Below, piece by piece: positions 32,593 to 50,605 of a stretch of DNA of 64,000 bases. A program made the position numbers and the translations under genes. Within the stretch, counting starts at the first letter, position 1; every line of letters starts with the position of its first letter. The stretch lies in assembly GCF_009914755.1 (NCBI RefSeq), contig NC_060941.1. The stretch is one strand, 5' to 3'. This DNA comes from the human T2T-CHM13v2.0 reference genome, Homo sapiens. The notes beneath the pieces are model-generated. The model did no database searches, had not been told where the DNA came from, and worked only from the letters and a program-made list of their open reading frames with translations.

Positions 32593-32748
32593 CTTATCTT
32601 CCATATTGAAGAGTGGCTTGACATGTTCCCTGTAAAACTCCAAGGGTGTTATGGGGCCAATTTTCTGATAATTTTTATCTTTGTCTCGATATTCCCAGGT
32701 GAATGTCTCTGGTGGATTACCCAAACAGATGCACACCACTCGGAATAT
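32593..32748 (-). CDS. BLMH: BLMH exon 7 (156 nt; IFRVVCICLGNPP...FNMEDK)
   Basis: ttccag|ATATTCCGA...GATAAG|gttggt; ORF 32572..32778. Confidence 0.98.
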
Positions 32749-33180
32749 CTGGAAGAGAGGAGGAGGAAAGGCGAGCAATGGTTAGGGGGAAATGTTATTT
32801 TTTTCACCTCTTCATTTTCCTTAAGCTTAGGAAACACAAGAAGTTAGTGGCTAAATTCAAGCTAAAAATTTCACAAGAAATCTAATACTGCGTCAAAAAC
32901 TGGAAAGCCGATGTCTGAGATTTGTTATCAGTCAACTTATGAGTTCTCAAATAAACACTGTGAACAATGCGATTCTGAAATGTTAACATTTAGTGCTTAG
33001 TACTTGTCCTGAAAATTTAAACTTCCTTAGCCAAGAATCTGTCTACCATTGATACCCAGCAAGATCTGAGTTGCTGCTCTGATTATTTTTCAAGTAACCA
33101 AAAAATGACAAATTTTATAAATGGATTTCCTTCCCTTTATACATTGATGTTTTCCTTATTACAACAGGGGTCTCTAGTCA

Positions 33181-34317
<1,137 letters not shown>

Positions 34318-37194
34318 CTATATCAAATGTCCTTGTCTTTTTAAAAACATAACACTATGATCTGCCTGTCCCTTTTGCACCCACAGTCACCACCCTGATC
34401 CAATCATCTATTACCTGCATTATTTATACTACACATTTCTATCCGCTATCACATTCAACAGAAACAGATTTTATATTTACCAAGTGTGCCTATATTGTGC
34501 TAGATACTATGTATTTGCTAGGTCCACGTAATTCTCATAATACCCTCTCAAGGTATATTTCCCTCCACTTCCCCTTCACCTTTTTTTTTTAAATCAGAGA
34601 TTGAGACACAAAGAAACCAAGTAATTTACTTAAGGTCACACAGCCAGCAAGTGGAAAACCACAATCTAAACTGAGGTCACATGCTGTCAAAAACAACAAC
34701 AACAACAAAATATTGCTCCTTGGCTACAGGATTTAAAAAGGGAAGATGTACTGACCGTCTACTTTGCTGTACTATCTTTCACTACCATATTTCTTAAGCC
34801 TCTCAACAAAGATGGTGGATATTATCCCCCTTTTACAGATAAGGATATCAAGGTTCAGGGAAATAAATCACTTTCCTGAAGTCATAGAGCCAGTAAATGG
34901 CAGAATTAGGATTTGAACTTAGGGCTGACTTTAATATGTTGTTTCCAAAACTCCATCTATTTACCATTTACTGTAACTTTCTAGATTTCATATAACTTGT
35001 CTCCCATAAAAGATTATACACTTCTTAAAGATAAGAACCAGATCATGGATATTTTGTGTCCTTTATAGCATCTAGCAGTGCTGGCGACATGACACAGATA
35101 CACCAGTTGATCTGAACATTGTTCCATTCTCCATATCACCACAGGAGAATTTGAAAAGCACTACTTTTCTCAACTCACGTCCCTGTTGAAGATCCAATGT
35201 TTCCCTATTACCTCCCACAACAAATCCAAACTCCGTGACCTAATTCCTTTTTCTTACTTTTTAACTTAGGCAAAACATATGTTTAGTGTGTAAAACACAC
35301 TAACAATTCGTTTTTTAAAAACATACATATATACCCATGTAACCATCATTCATATCAATATACATAACATTTCCAGGCTCTGGAGGTTCTCTGGCTCCTT
35401 TGCTGTTAAGTAACCCACAACTTCCACCAGATAACCACTGTTTTTACTTTATAACCATTGATTAGTTTTGCCTGTCCTTTAACTTCGTATAAAAGTATTC
35501 ATAGAACACATTATCTTTTGTGTCTGGCTTCCTTTGGCTGACATAATGTCTGTGAGATTCACACACATTGCTGTGTATATGAGCAATTTGTTCACTGCTG
35601 TGATTCTATCTTAACAGAAGCAAGTTAACTTAGAGAAGAAGTTATGCTTGCCTGTCATTTTGTTTTGTTCTGTTTTCCAAGAGAGAACCTTCCTTTATTA
35701 AGATTTACTGTGTGTGTTACGAGCCTGAACATCTAGTCATTAAACCATCTCTCTTTTAACGTTATATCCTTCCCAAGTTGGTTTCTACCACAGAAAGGAG
35801 GCAGAGTATCACATAAGCAACTGTAATTGAGTTACTCTAGCCAAGGATTAATGAGCTCTGTTTGGGATTCACATTCATTTTGTATTTACTCAGTGCCAAG
35901 GCTACAAATGACAACTTTAGGCATCTGTCATTATGAAGAAGACATTGCCACTGGTAACTATGGTCAAGTCAATGACAATGAAGGTGTACAGTCAGAACAT
36001 ACTTAGATTAGAAAGGTTTTAAAGACCTAAATGATGTGTATTTTCAACTAGTAACTACTGTTACATGTGTATCTACATGTAGTAGTGGAACCATTTCAAT
36101 CAATTCTCAGTTATCCAACGGTGGTAAATTCAGCTCAGCCAGGCCCTGGCCAAAAAAGGAGAGGCAATGCCAGGCCCAACTAAGATGAAGATAACTAAGT
36201 GAATTTCTGGTTACTTTTAAACATATTCTAAAGATAAATACAAATGTTTTACACTATAATTTGCAAAATACCTTATTATGTACTTGACTCCCTGTTTAAA
36301 GTAAAAAGTGTTAAATTCCTCCTTCTCCCAAATACATTAGAGGAAATATGCATTTCTGCTATCTAAATGAATTCTATAGTGAGTCCTTTTATAAAACAAT
36401 GCTTATGCCCTTCACATATATTTTATAAATCTGAATTTTAATAAAAATATAATTAAGGCATAAATAAGGATAAGGGTGATATTTCTTTTAGATTCTAGTA
36501 AAACTTTGTAACTTGAGACATGTTGCATTGTTTTATACTATTTGTTTACCATGACTATAAATTATCCAAAGTCATTAATATTTAAGTCAGTCTGTAACAC
36601 TTTGGAAGGAATATCTGACTCTGAGCCAAATAACAATAGTTAATTAAATAAGCTCTCATTAAAAAAAAATGCTCCAAAGAATAATTTCCATGGTCTCTGA
36701 TACTATATTTTCTTGATAAGAGACTCTGCAGTTCTGAAATAACATTCCCTGGGCAGTGAGCTTTAGATATCCAACTCTGCTCTCTGGTGGGCAACACTGG
36801 AGTGTCACCTGCTTCTCACAAGATCTACTTGGCATCCAGGACAAAAAGATACTGAACAGTGAACACAAGAGATTATACAGAATTGAGTAAAATAAGAGTA
36901 CAACCATATCCCTCAGAATATAATTACACATTAAATTAATATTAAAACCAACAATTAGCCCATTTAGGGAAATGTATTTGTGACTTTAATTGAAATTGCT
37001 CACTTCCCATCCCAGTACTTCACATCTTTTTTCCTTTACTTTTCTCCATTGCACTTATCTTCTGGCATATTATACTTCTTATACACTTTGTCTTTCCCTA
37101 CTAGAACATCAACTACACAAAGATAGGTATTCTTTTCTGTGTTGTTCACTGTTTAATCTCCAATGCCTAGAATAGTGTCAGATACATATGTTAA

Positions 37195-42370
<5,176 letters not shown>

Positions 42371-43938
42371 CCCACCATCTTAATCTAACCCTAAATAAAG
42401 GCAAATTATGTAGCAGATATAGCCTCTGCAAGACAGTCATTCCAAGCAAGAAGGGAAGAAGTAACATTTACAGAACTCCTGCTACGTGCCAGGCACTATG
42501 CCTTGCATGCTTACATTTAATCCTTGATTCCCCAAAAATCCAATAAGGAAAATATTTCAGATCCTGACTGAATCTCAGACAGGTTAAGTAACTTACCTAG
42601 GATCACAGACTGTTAAGTAAAAGAGTCAGAATTTAAACCCATGTATGTCTGACTCCAAAGCCTATTTTTTCCTACTATACTAAGATGCCTCTCTTCTGTA
42701 AGAATTTAAGAGATAAAAATGAGATTATTTAAATGCATTTGGTAAATGAAATTTCTGCATTCGTCCACTCAACAAATACTTAAGAAACAGCTATTGTGCC
42801 AAGCACTAGGCTAGACATGTTAAATATGAACTGAGCCTTTAGAGCTTAAGGAACTTGTCCCAGGATATAAAGTAATGAGAAGACTAGAGCTCAGATAGCC
42901 TGACTTCAGAGATTACACACTCCACTACTCCACTATGCTGCATCTCTAAGATTTAAAGGAAAACACAAGTGAAGCATTAGTGTTTTCCATCGCAGTGAAA
43001 AAAAGTAGGCCATTTTAACTCCATACAGTCTTGAAAGGAAGCCTAATAAAGGGCCTACTGGCTGACAAACGGAAACATTTATTCTTTCCTCAAACCAATT
43101 GCAGTTTTATGCATATTCATTCTGGACATGGATAGTATTAATAATAAAGTTTCTTAACTGTCTTGATCATAAATAATATTACCACCTCATATTTTAGTGC
43201 TTTTTACATTTTCTAAAATGTTTTTACATACATTAACAAATATAACCATCAATAGCTCCGTCTTTATTTCTACAGAAAGAAGCCAAATGTTCTGGCATCG
43301 ATCCAACATCCCTTACATCTCTGCCTTTCTAGCTTAATTTGCTACCCATCATACTGAAAAAAGTTATGTTTCAGCCACATGATTCCCTGAAGGTTCTATC
43401 TTTGTTTATGGCACTGTTCATACAATTCCTTTTGCCTAGAATGGTCTTGTTATCTACCTGGTAAATTCTGACTACTCTTTCAAGAGCTATCTTCCCTATG
43501 AAAGCTTCAGCTCACTGAGCTAGTCACTCCCTCCTCTATGACCACCAAATCAGTTTTTACACATCTAGCATAGGATTTATCATCATTATAGATGTGTTTT
43601 CTTTTTCCCAAGAGACTGAGCTCTTTAAGAGCAGTGACTATGTCTTTCTCATCTGTTTCCTCAGTGCCAAACTCATAGAAGGTATTTAATATTTATGAAA
43701 TGATAAAAGAATGATTATACAGACCACTAAACTAGGAATTAGAAAATCCAAGTCCAAGTCCTACACTAAAAGGCAAAGTAAGTTTTAAGCTCAGTTTTTT
43801 CAGTGTAAAATAAGTAATTTTCAATTCAATTAAACATTCGTTGCCATGACTAAAGCTTCCTAATCATTACTTTAACAGATGGGAATATTCTGAGAGTTCC
43901 TTAGAGGGGTCACAAAAAAATCCAAATTTTGTTATTAC

Positions 43939-44031
43939 CTCCTCCATCATGACGTCCTGTGTGGCCGAGATTTCTCCTTTCGTTGCTCCACTGTGTACCA
44001 GGTTCCGCAGTCGTATACAGAATTCTCTCAT
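43939..44031 (-). CDS. BLMH: BLMH exon 6 (93 nt; MREFCIRLR...DVMMEE)
   Basis: tcatag|ATGAGAGAA...GAGGAG|gtaata. Confidence 0.97.
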
Positions 44032-45364
44032 CTATGACAGAAACTTATTCAGCACTCCAACAGTTACCCGAATTCAATTGTAAATGACTCTCATAGACCA
44101 ACGCAAGTTCTATTTTGAGGTATAACTCAGGCCAGACCCATGACAGAGTTCATAAAGGCAAATGTGTTTTTCTTCAACTTGTCCACTTAAACACATAGCT
44201 AAAAATGCTTTCCATAAGGAGAAAAGGCATAAGTTACTCCTCCAAAATACTAGACGGAACTGCTCCTTCTCTGCAAACATCGCATAAAGGTGTTTTATGT
44301 GTCTGGGCATGGGGAAAACATGTGATCACATAATGCCTATCACTCAGAAAAAGCAGGAGACAAGATAATTATGCCACTATGTTACTCTCATAGATTTTTA
44401 CTTAGAATTTCAATAGCTGTCCATTTTTCCTTCTCTGCCGGCTGACTATGACTATGGTTATGCCAGCCCCCAATAAAATTTTCATTTTTTCATTTCATTT
44501 TTTCACCAAGATAAAGGTGAGTCTGAAATTTAACCACAGTGCTAAAGAGGATGTTGCTCTGACTTCAAATGGAATCAAATGCCGTACTATTAATGATCTT
44601 TTAGCCTTTGGATAAGAATCCCCAGCGTTTCCAGGGTGGAAAATAGTCTACTTCTAATGTTGGGGAGACACACCTATAGTTGATTTTAAAATGTAATCTT
44701 TCTCCCAGGGAGATGAAAAATCCAATTTCAGCCTCATGGATTAGGACAGCAGATTCTGGCAACTCCCAGTTCTCAAAAACCATGCCTGGCTAGCAAAGCA
44801 GCATCCCCGTAGGAATTATAACTCTCCTAGGGAAAACTGGTTATGTAGAGAAGACACAATGATTCATTAAGATAACTGAAGCAAATAAAAAGCAGTTCAA
44901 TAACTACAACAAATCTTTAGTGGGTGGATAAACCACATTGATGTGGTCTGGGGAAGTCTCAGAACACAGCACACTCTTTAAGGGAATCTTGCGAATAGCT
45001 CTTTTTGGTTTTACTAGCACATAAAGCAGTCCTAGCCCACCTCCACTAGAACCAAGTGAGAGACACCGCACCCTGTGTGCTTGTGGCCAATATTAATTGG
45101 ACATGGGACTTTATTTCCTAACTATCCCCCTAAGAAAACATTAACATCAACAGAAATAAAAGTGGAAGTTTTTTAAAAGGAAAAACCCTCTAATATTAAT
45201 TATTTTTAAAGTTATTAAGTAGCTACATTGCTTTTGACAGACATTGACATTGGTAGTTATCTTGTACACAAACTGTATACAGAGATACCCAGGAACCCCT
45301 TTTAAAAAATAAGTTTGAAGGAAAGTACACTAAACTCAATCCCACCCTGCTTCATATATTGTAC

Positions 45365-45453
45365 CTTGTGATTCAGAATATCATTCATCCTTCTGGTTGC
45401 CTCTGTTGTATAAGATTCAGGGAAGCATTTCTTAGGGATAACACCATATTTTT
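45365..45453 (-). CDS. BLMH: BLMH exon 5 (89 nt; KYGVIPKK...DILNHK)
   Basis: ttttag|AAAAATATGGT...CACAAG|gtacaa. Confidence 0.97.
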
Positions 45454-45589
45454 CTAAAAGAAAACAAATTCTAGTGTTAAAGAAGGTAAAAAATTAGAAA
45501 CCCTGGCAAAAATAGTGATTGTTTCAAAAAATAGGCGATATTTTGCTGGCTTACTTCAGAAAATCTTATACTTCATATTATGAAGCAGG

Positions 45590-45877
45590 GTTTTTTGTTT
45601 TTTGTTTTTTGTTTTTGACAGAGTTTTGCTCTGTCACTCAGGCTGGAGTGCTGTGACACGATCCTGGCCCACTGCAGCCTTGAACTCCCAGGCTTGACCT
45701 CCTGAGTAGCGGCAACTATGGTGCATGATACCATGTGCAGCTATTTGTTTTATTTTCTGTAGAGACAGGGTCTCACTATGTTACCCAGGCTGGTACTGAG
45801 CTCCTGGGCTTGAGCAATCCTCCTGCCCTGGTCTCCCAAAGTGCTAGGATTACATGCCTGAGCCACCTTACCCAGCC
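45590..45877 (-). mobile_element. AluJ
   Basis: Diverged Alu reverse complement. Confidence 0.88.
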
Positions 45878-45939
45878 TAAGTAGGTTTTTAATGTGCATA
45901 TTTATCTGTCTATGTTATCCTTTTTATCTACTATACTTT

Positions 45940-45974
45940 GTCACTTCTCAGCCTTTTGGTCAAGCTCAAGTGTA
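45940..45974 (+). pseudogene. 3'-truncated U2 snRNA pseudogene (nt 1-35) in intron 4
   Basis: GTCACTTCTCAGCCTTTTGGTCAAGCTCAAGTGTA vs U2 ATCGCTTCTCGGCCTTTTGGCTAAGATCAAGTGTA (29/35); flanked by tatctactatacttt / tatctatcatacttt. Confidence 0.8.
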
Positions 45975-46356
45975 TCTATCATACTTTTGTAAAGTGCTCA
46001 GCATGATGAGATTTCCCCAAAAGATGTTTTGAAGACATTTTAACACAGCTACAGTTTTAATGTGTTTCCTGATTACATCAATGGAGAAGAAAACAATTTT
46101 TTCATGGAAAATTAGTTCTCCTTAATACTACCTTTTCTTCTCCAACCCATCCTTCACAGTAGCTCTCTCCTTAATCCTCATTTAAGAAGGCACTTTATAG
46201 GTGAGAATGTGAACTAAAGGTCCTTAGAAATAACTATATATCCTTCTTGGAGACCAATTCTACTCTGTACACAACCACCAAAGAATTGGCCCATGCCTAA
46301 CTACAGGCTTACTTAATCATGCTGAGTTTCAGTTCCATTAAAGAAAGAACTTTTAC

Positions 46357-46498
46357 CAACAATATTAACAAGCATATCCCATTGGCCACCATCATTTGCA
46401 GGGTTCATAAGCAAAAACTGCACCAGCCTCCCATCCTCAGGCTCCTTTCTCTGGGCTGTGTCCACAAAAGCACTCAAGAAGAAATAACAGCGTTCAAC
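46357..46498 (-). CDS. BLMH: BLMH exon 4 (142 nt; VERCYFFL...NDGGQWDMLVNIV)
   Basis: tttag|GTTGAACGC...ATTGTTG|gtaaaa; DGGQWD motif of peptidase family C1B. Confidence 0.97.
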
Positions 46499-46608
46499 CT
46501 AAAGAGTAAAGAAAGTTAAATAACATTAAAAGAAAAAAGTGTCAATAATTTTATTGGCATTATCAACAGAATGGGAGTCTTGGAATTACCATGGAATCAA
46601 CATAATAG

Positions 46609-46728
46609 TTTTTTTTCTTTTTAAAAACATGAAACCTTCATGAATTTGCATGTCATCCTTGTACAGAGGCCATGCTAATCTTTTCTGTATCACCCCAGTT
46701 TGGGGACTTACGATGCTGAAACAAGCAC
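46609..46728 (-). pseudogene. Full-length U6 snRNA processed pseudogene in intron 3
   Basis: Minus strand GTGCTTGTTTCAGCA...GATACAGAAAAGATTAGCATGGCCTCTGTACAAGGATGACATGCAAATTCATGAAG...TTTTT, followed by an A tail; degenerate TSD cataatag/cataataag. Confidence 0.92.
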
Positions 46729-46904
46729 CATAATAAGTATTTTTAAACTAAAATTGGTAAATAAACATCAGTATCTGACTTCATCAGAATATCTGAAGTT
46801 TCTTCTTTTACCTGTGTATGTATCCCAATATATTGTGTATATGTGTACAGTGTTTACATTCCAATGCTAAAACAAAACATTTAATGAACACCTATGTAAT
46901 ATAT

Positions 46905-47550
46905 ATTTTATTTACTTATTTATTTTTAGACAGGGTCATGCTCTGTTGCCTAGGCTGGAGTGCAGTGGTGCAATCTCACTGCAGCCTCAACCTCCTGAGC
47001 TCAAGCAATCCTCCTACCTCAGCCTCCTGAGTAGCTGGGAGGACAGGTGTGCACCACGCGTGGCTAATTTTTGTATTTTTTGTAGAGATGGGGTTTCGCC
47101 AGGTCCAGACTGGTCTCAAATTCCTGGGCTCAAGCAATCCTCTCACCTCAGCCTCCCAAAGTGCTGGGATTACAGGCATGAGCCACCAAACCAGGTCAGT
47201 AATATACATTTTGAAGATTAGGAAATGGAATATGGCCAGGAGTGGTGGCTCACACCTGTGATCCCAGCACTTTGGGAGGCCAAGGCAGGCAGATCACTTG
47301 AGGTCAGGAGTTCGAGACCAGTCTGACCAACACGGTGAAATGCCCTGTCTCTACTAAAAATACAAAAATTAGCTGGGCATGGTGGCATGTGCCTGTGATT
47401 CCAGCTACTTGGGAGGCTGAGTTGAGAGGATGGCTTGAACCCAGGAGGCAGAGGTTACAGTAAGCCGAGACTGTGCCACAGCCCTCTAGCCCGGGTGGCA
47501 GGGTGAGACTGTCTCAAAAAAATAAATAAACAAATAAACAATCAAATAAA
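46905..47550. mobile_element. Head-to-head inverted Alu pair (-46905-47195; +47234-47550)
   Basis: Two Alus about 40 bp apart in intron 3. Confidence 0.9.
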
Positions 47551-47923
47551 ATTATTTACTGTTTTTCAGACAAGTTCTTGAGAGGGAAATTAGGTCCTAG
47601 AAAAGAACAAATAACCTAAAAAGATGTTAAAAAGGGAGATATATTGAATTGAATATTGAATATAAAATTTAAAATTTTAAATAGACAAGCAAGCAGTAAG
47701 ATGAGTCAGTAAACTTATTTCATTGCAAAAAAATGGCCACCTACCAACCAAAAACAGTTCTGCCTTTGAAAGAGTCAACTTTTGATACTCTGGAAGTCAG
47801 AATAAAAGGTGTCTCACCTATTATGAAAGGGCAGGCTATAACTGGAAAAGCTACAAAAGAAGAGGCAGTCCCTACCAAGGCTGATATCAATACAAAAAGA
47901 ATCTTGCCAGATCTGTCCCATAC

Positions 47924-48033
47924 CTTGTCCCAAAAAAACAGGTAAGATTGGCTAAACTCAAATTCTTCAATATTTAACTTTTTCATGAATGGAAGCCTCA
48001 TAACATTCAGACAAGAAAAGATCCAGCATCGCC
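47924..48033 (-). CDS. BLMH: BLMH exon 3 (110 nt; GRCWIFSCLNVMR...YLFFWDK; catalytic Cys73 at 48028-48026)
   Basis: tttcag|GGCGATGC...GACAAG|gtatgg; visible in ORF 47741..48133. Confidence 0.98.
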
Positions 48034-49861
48034 CTGAAACAAGAAAGCACATCAAGAAATTATGAGGGTTCACATAGACTGCACTGCTCCAACTGTATTT
48101 CCCACCAATGAACTCATGACACGATCTGGACAATTCAGAAAGAGTAAATCAGAAAGAGCAGAAAGATTAAAAACAAAACAAGAAAGGTGGTAATTATTAT
48201 TAGCAATATATATGCAAAGGTTTAATATCTTTAACACAAAAACACTCTTTACGTATCAAATAAAGAATCCATTTTTCAGAGTAATGCCTTCTCCAAATTG
48301 TACTCTACTTCAAAATAAATTAACTGAGAGCGCCATTAGAAAAGTCTTTTAAGGTCTTAAATACAGGGAAATTATCTCTTTTCTGAGGGAAAATTCTGAG
48401 GGAAAAACTTTGACTTGTATTGGGTATAACCTTTTTACTAATATGAAAATATGTTTATAATATATTGGTAAGTGAAAAAGATAGGTAGCTTACATAACAA
48501 TGTATAAGGTATCAATGCATATTAAACACTATTAAACACACACACACACACAAAACTTGACAAATATACAAGAAAAATATTTACTTGGTATTTACAAATA
48601 TTCTACATTAAACAAAAATAATTTTGTAACAAGAAGAAAACTCTAGTTAACTATAGTGTTTTATGAAAGTCACTAGTGCCTATTAGTTCGTCTTTACCTT
48701 ACATTTACCTGTATGTCACCTCTCTTCTATATGCTATATATTTCTAGTAGAGGGGATCTGGATGCACTGGTGATGTGAAAACTGCATGAAAATAAACTAC
48801 ACAACTCACATGCTATTTGGATCTTTTGTATGTAAAAGTGACACTGCAAAATGTGTAAGACCTGACCTGTTCCCTAACGGGTCACTGCAATCTAAACTAT
48901 GTAGGACCACTGTGACATTACTAACTGGATCATCTGTAGCCTGAGAGCCCACACCACTCCAAGCACTTTCTTCTAAAGCAAAACATTAATTATTGTAAGG
49001 TCTTGACTTTTTCCTTAACATTTAAAAAATCAACTTTATTCAGGTATAATGTACATACAATAAAATGTACTCACGTTAAATGTGTGCTTTGTGAGTTCTA
49101 ACCGACTCTAAACAAGCACTGATGTGCTTCCTGTCCGTATAGATAGACTGGGGGGTCGTTTTTAAGTATAGAAAGACTTTAAAAAATCCGTTTAGTACAA
49201 TTTTGTTGTGAGAATGTGCTCCTTATTTAGATTGCTGGATATCCAATCTTTCACTATACCTGTTTTTTCTGAGAGTGGTGCTAGAAAGCAGATAGCAAAA
49301 CGAGACTTCTTGACCAGCAAGGCATGAGAACAGAACTTTTTTCTGTATTACAAACTGATCTACTGGTGGGAACTGAGCCCATCAGCACATTAGCTTCAGT
49401 TGTAACCAAGAAGCATATTTAAAAGTAACATCTGATGACATTTTAATGTAATTACATTGTATCTTTTCTATTTCATAGTATAGGGCCTTCAGGGCATTTC
49501 TGGGGAGTCCTCCAAAGATATGAACATTTTCACATGTTCTGTTTTGTGACCAAGACCATACATCTCCAAGACACGGGCTACAAACCACACAGCATTGGAA
49601 CATAATATAGTCAATTACACTCAAACGTATACTCATGGACATGTCACTTTTGTACTCTAACCGCATGTACTAACAAGCCACAGAACAGCAAAACAAACCA
49701 CATGGGTAATGTTCTTAGACCTGCCTGTACCTGTGCCTCATTCTTTACGAATTTACGACCAGTTCTTTCAGTACGAATTTAAGACCACTCTTAAATAAGA
49801 CACCAAAATGGGACGCTGTCAGGAAGGTCAAGGAACGTATGGGAGAAGTGGAAGCCCACAC

Positions 49862-50059
49862 CTGAGCTCTTCTGGTTGGTGATTGGCTTGCCCTCCTGGG
49901 GCACGGCGTGCTGGAACACATGCTGCGCGCGCTGCACCGTGGCCCGCTTCAGACAGATGTCCAGCAGGTCGTGGGTGGTCCCGACATTCTGGGCAAGTAC
50001 GAACTGGGGGTCGGAATTCAGTTTCTGTATCAGAGCAGCTACCTTCTCCGAATTCAGTC
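49862..50059 (-). CDS. BLMH: BLMH exon 2 (198 nt; LNSEKVAALIQK...PITNQKSS, includes Gln67)
   Basis: caacag|GACTGAAT...AGCTCAG|gtgtgg; phase consistent with exons 1 and 3. Confidence 0.97.
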
Positions 50060-50357
50060 CTGTTGGGAGACCAAACAGGATTTTAACGCAAAAAGAGGGG
50101 GAAAGGGCTGATCTGGGGCTCCCGCGTCCCGAATCTAACTTCGTAAGCGCATCCTGGGGTGCCCGCTGCAGCGGGGAAACCCATAAGCGGCATCCTCCTC
50201 CAAGGAGCTGTCTCCCTCCAGGCCGATCCAGCCTGCCCCGAAAGCTCCCTCCCCGCCATCGCCAAGGGTCCCAGCCCCCGGCCTTCCCCGCCGCCGGGCC
50301 TCACGGGGACCGCGGAGCTCCTCCAGAGGACCGCGGCGGGGGACGGCGGCACCTCAC

Positions 50358-50370
50358 CCGAGCTGCTCAT
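50358..50370 (-). CDS. BLMH: BLMH exon 1 coding part (MSSS+G, c.1-13)
   Basis: GCGCCATGAGCAGCTCGG|gtgagg; Kozak -3 G; donor GT at 50357. Confidence 0.96.
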
Positions 50371-50505
50371 GGCGCCCACGCTGCCCGGCGGGGTAACGGT
50401 AGCTTCCAGGGTCCTTGGGCGAGCGCCGGGATTGCGCTGCGGCTCGCTGCCTAGGGGGCCCGACCTGTCTCTCGCACCCGGAGCGCCGGAAAAAGGAAAC
50501 CGGCT

Positions 50506-50535
50506 CGGCGGCGGCGGCGGCGGCGGCGGCGGCGG
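50506..50535 (-). repeat. (CCG)10 trinucleotide repeat in the 5' UTR/promoter
   Basis: Ten uninterrupted CGG units on the + strand, 136 nt upstream of the ATG. Confidence 0.95.
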
Positions 50536-50592
50536 GGAGGCTGAGGCTGGGAGAAACGGGGTCCGCGGAGGGACAAAACTCCCCCCTCGCGT

Positions 50593-50605
50593 TGCTGAGT
50601 CAGCG
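50593..50605. promoter_or_regulatory. MARE/ARE/AP-1 element
   Basis: TGCTGAGTCAGCG matches T-MARE TGCTGAGTCAGCA at 12/13; the minus strand reads TGACTCAGCA. Confidence 0.6.

Noticed and set aside
49741-49792. Near-duplicate 16-mers (tacgaatttacgacca / tacgaatttaagacca) in intron 2, and similar micro-duplications at ~39521 and small palindromes at ~25885 and ~36055
   Set aside because: Too short to distinguish from ordinary slippage or chance.
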